A DNA stretch of 64,000 nucleotides, taken from Candidatus Magasanikiibacteriota bacterium. Its GTDB lineage: Bacteria > Patescibacteriota > Patescibacteriia > Magasanikbacterales > GWA2-37-8. The stretch covers positions 706,790 through 770,789 of the forward strand of contig CAWJAS010000001.1 in NCBI GenBank assembly GCA_963840935.1. The letters run 5' to 3'. Below, piece after piece: positions 62,698-64,000 of this stretch. The notes under the pieces were generated by a model that did not search any database, was not told the DNA's origin, and saw only the letters and a list, made by a program, of their open reading frames with translations. Within the stretch, counting starts at the first letter, position 1, and every line of letters begins with the position of its first letter. A program made the position numbers and the translations under genes.

Positions 62698-63355
62698 ATA
62701 ATAATTCGTGCGTTAACAGAATTTCCTCTACTTCTGCCGCAAATTGCAGTAAAGGTCGGGGGGACATTCCCATTGGCAGAGGCGCATGTACATCAGTTTG
62801 GCCAAAGGGGTGGTAGTGCCAAACACCATAGTTCATAATCGCAGCCATAAAGTCTCCCCGCAGCACTTACTAAAGCAAGGCTTAACCGATTACTGCGCAA
62901 ACTCAAAAAAGTCTGGATGAACAAGTCATCGTTGATTTGCGATCCGTGGTCATTGTACGGTCAGTACGCTCAACAATCACGAATGAACGCACAAACCAGA
63001 ATGTATCGCTAACTTCAATTGCTTCAAGCAGTAACTGGTCAATTGTTGGCATGGCAAATCAGTTAGCTGCCGCTGGATTGTTTCAATACCGTCAACCGCC
63101 GTCTCCCAGGCCATCGCATCGATTCAACTTCCCAGCTATAGTTCTGCTGCTTGTCATATGCTGCTGCTCAAATTCGAGCAAAGGTCATTCCATATTTTTT
63201 CTGCAACTGCCGATCCGTCAAGCTGACCACGCTAAGCGGCGACGAATGTCAGTGGAGCAGGCTACTCAATTTTTGGTCAATTTCGGTAGCCTGTCCAATG
63301 ATCGATTGTTTAAATGCTGGGCAATATTGTCAGAAATCTGAATTGTCACACTCAT
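62698..63355 (-). other. Putative two-gene toxin-antitoxin-like pair, heavily frameshifted
   Basis: Manual translation: MSVTIQISD..LQKKYGMTF..AWETAVDGIE, overlapping MPTIDQLLLEA..LFIQTF..WHYHPFG..EVEEILL. Confidence 0.4.
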
Positions 63356-63429
63356 AGTTCCTCCACACCAACGTTTTCACGATTGATGATATTAACACCA
63401 GTATACGAGATGATTTCTATTTTGATTCA

Positions 63430-64000
63430 GCAAAAGTCGTTGCCCAGTCGTCTGTCTGACCGATCAAGCAGCCACAACCTCGCGAATGGCCTGGCTGATC
63501 CGCCCCACATTCGGGATCGAGCATCCTCCAAGGGCGGGCTATAGGCCACCAGGGCGCCACCCATGTTGACCCGTTTCACCGGTGCGTCGAGATAGTAAAT
63601 GCCCATGATCGGCGGCCAGCGACACAATATCACCACCCCAGCCCGCACCATGGGGCGCCTCTTCCACAATTACCAGACGGCTGGTCTTAGCAATCGAAGT
63701 CGAGTATGGTCTCTTCATCCAGCGGGACCATGCTGCGCAGATCGATCACTTCCACGTCGATGCCTTCTTCGGCGAGCGCTTTTCAGCGGCTAGCGCACGG
63801 TGCATCATCAGTTGCGATCCACGACCACCGTTACATCTTTGCCCTGGCGGCGCACCTTGGCCTTGCCTAGTTCCATAGGACCGGTGTTGTCGGGGACATC
63901 TTCACTGATGTTATCGAGCCCCTTGTGTTCCAACACAAAGACCGGATTGTTCTCCCGAATCGCGCCACGCAGCAGCCCATAGGCGTCGGTCGGCGTGCCG
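63430..64000 (-). CDS. 2-oxoacid/acetoin dehydrogenase E1 beta subunit, C-terminal part, frameshifted
   Basis: PTDAYGLLRGAIRENNPVFVLEHK, GKAKVRRQGKDVTVV, GIDVEVIDLRSMVPLD, LDAPVKRV. Confidence 0.85.

Noticed and set aside
58723-64000. Cluster of true pseudogenes or programmed frameshifts
   Set aside because: Scattered indels with intact catalytic motifs in most genes fit low-coverage long-read error better.

Overview
Bases 1 to ~58,250 look like a Patescibacteria/CPR (Parcubacteria-type) chromosome segment, based on the divergent 16S primer sites, AT-rich leaders and CPR-type surface proteins. It carries housekeeping genes (folD, glyA, pyk, nrdR, ftsZ/ftsA, ybeY, rpsU, hisS, lepB, trmD, khpA, rpsP, part of smc), three tRNAs, a stand-alone 16S rRNA gene and a large surface-protein cluster including a 3746-aa giant. 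The main feature is a complete diversity-generating retroelement (DGR) at 18.5-25.4 kb. It has an RT, an Avd-like gene and a 114-bp template repeat (TR), plus two paralogous target genes whose variable regions differ from TR only at TR adenines (19 and 17 changes by hand count). Its layout is unusual: avd lies antisense between TR and RT, a 1035-aa unknown ORF overlaps the RT, and the two targets form ~1-kb inverted repeats around the cassette. Next to it, an Elp3 gene carrying in-frame palindromic insertions abuts a Trm9/ALKBH8-like methyltransferase head-to-head. Other signals are a triple 24-bp operator in front of an HTH gene and an unannotated structured RNA candidate between trmD and khpA. 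From ~58,250 onward the DNA changes abruptly to GC-richer, indel-riddled, Chloroflexi-like sequence (PIN/AbrB, add, sfsA, tmRNA, E1-beta), most likely a chimeric join. All calls were made by eye, without database searches.
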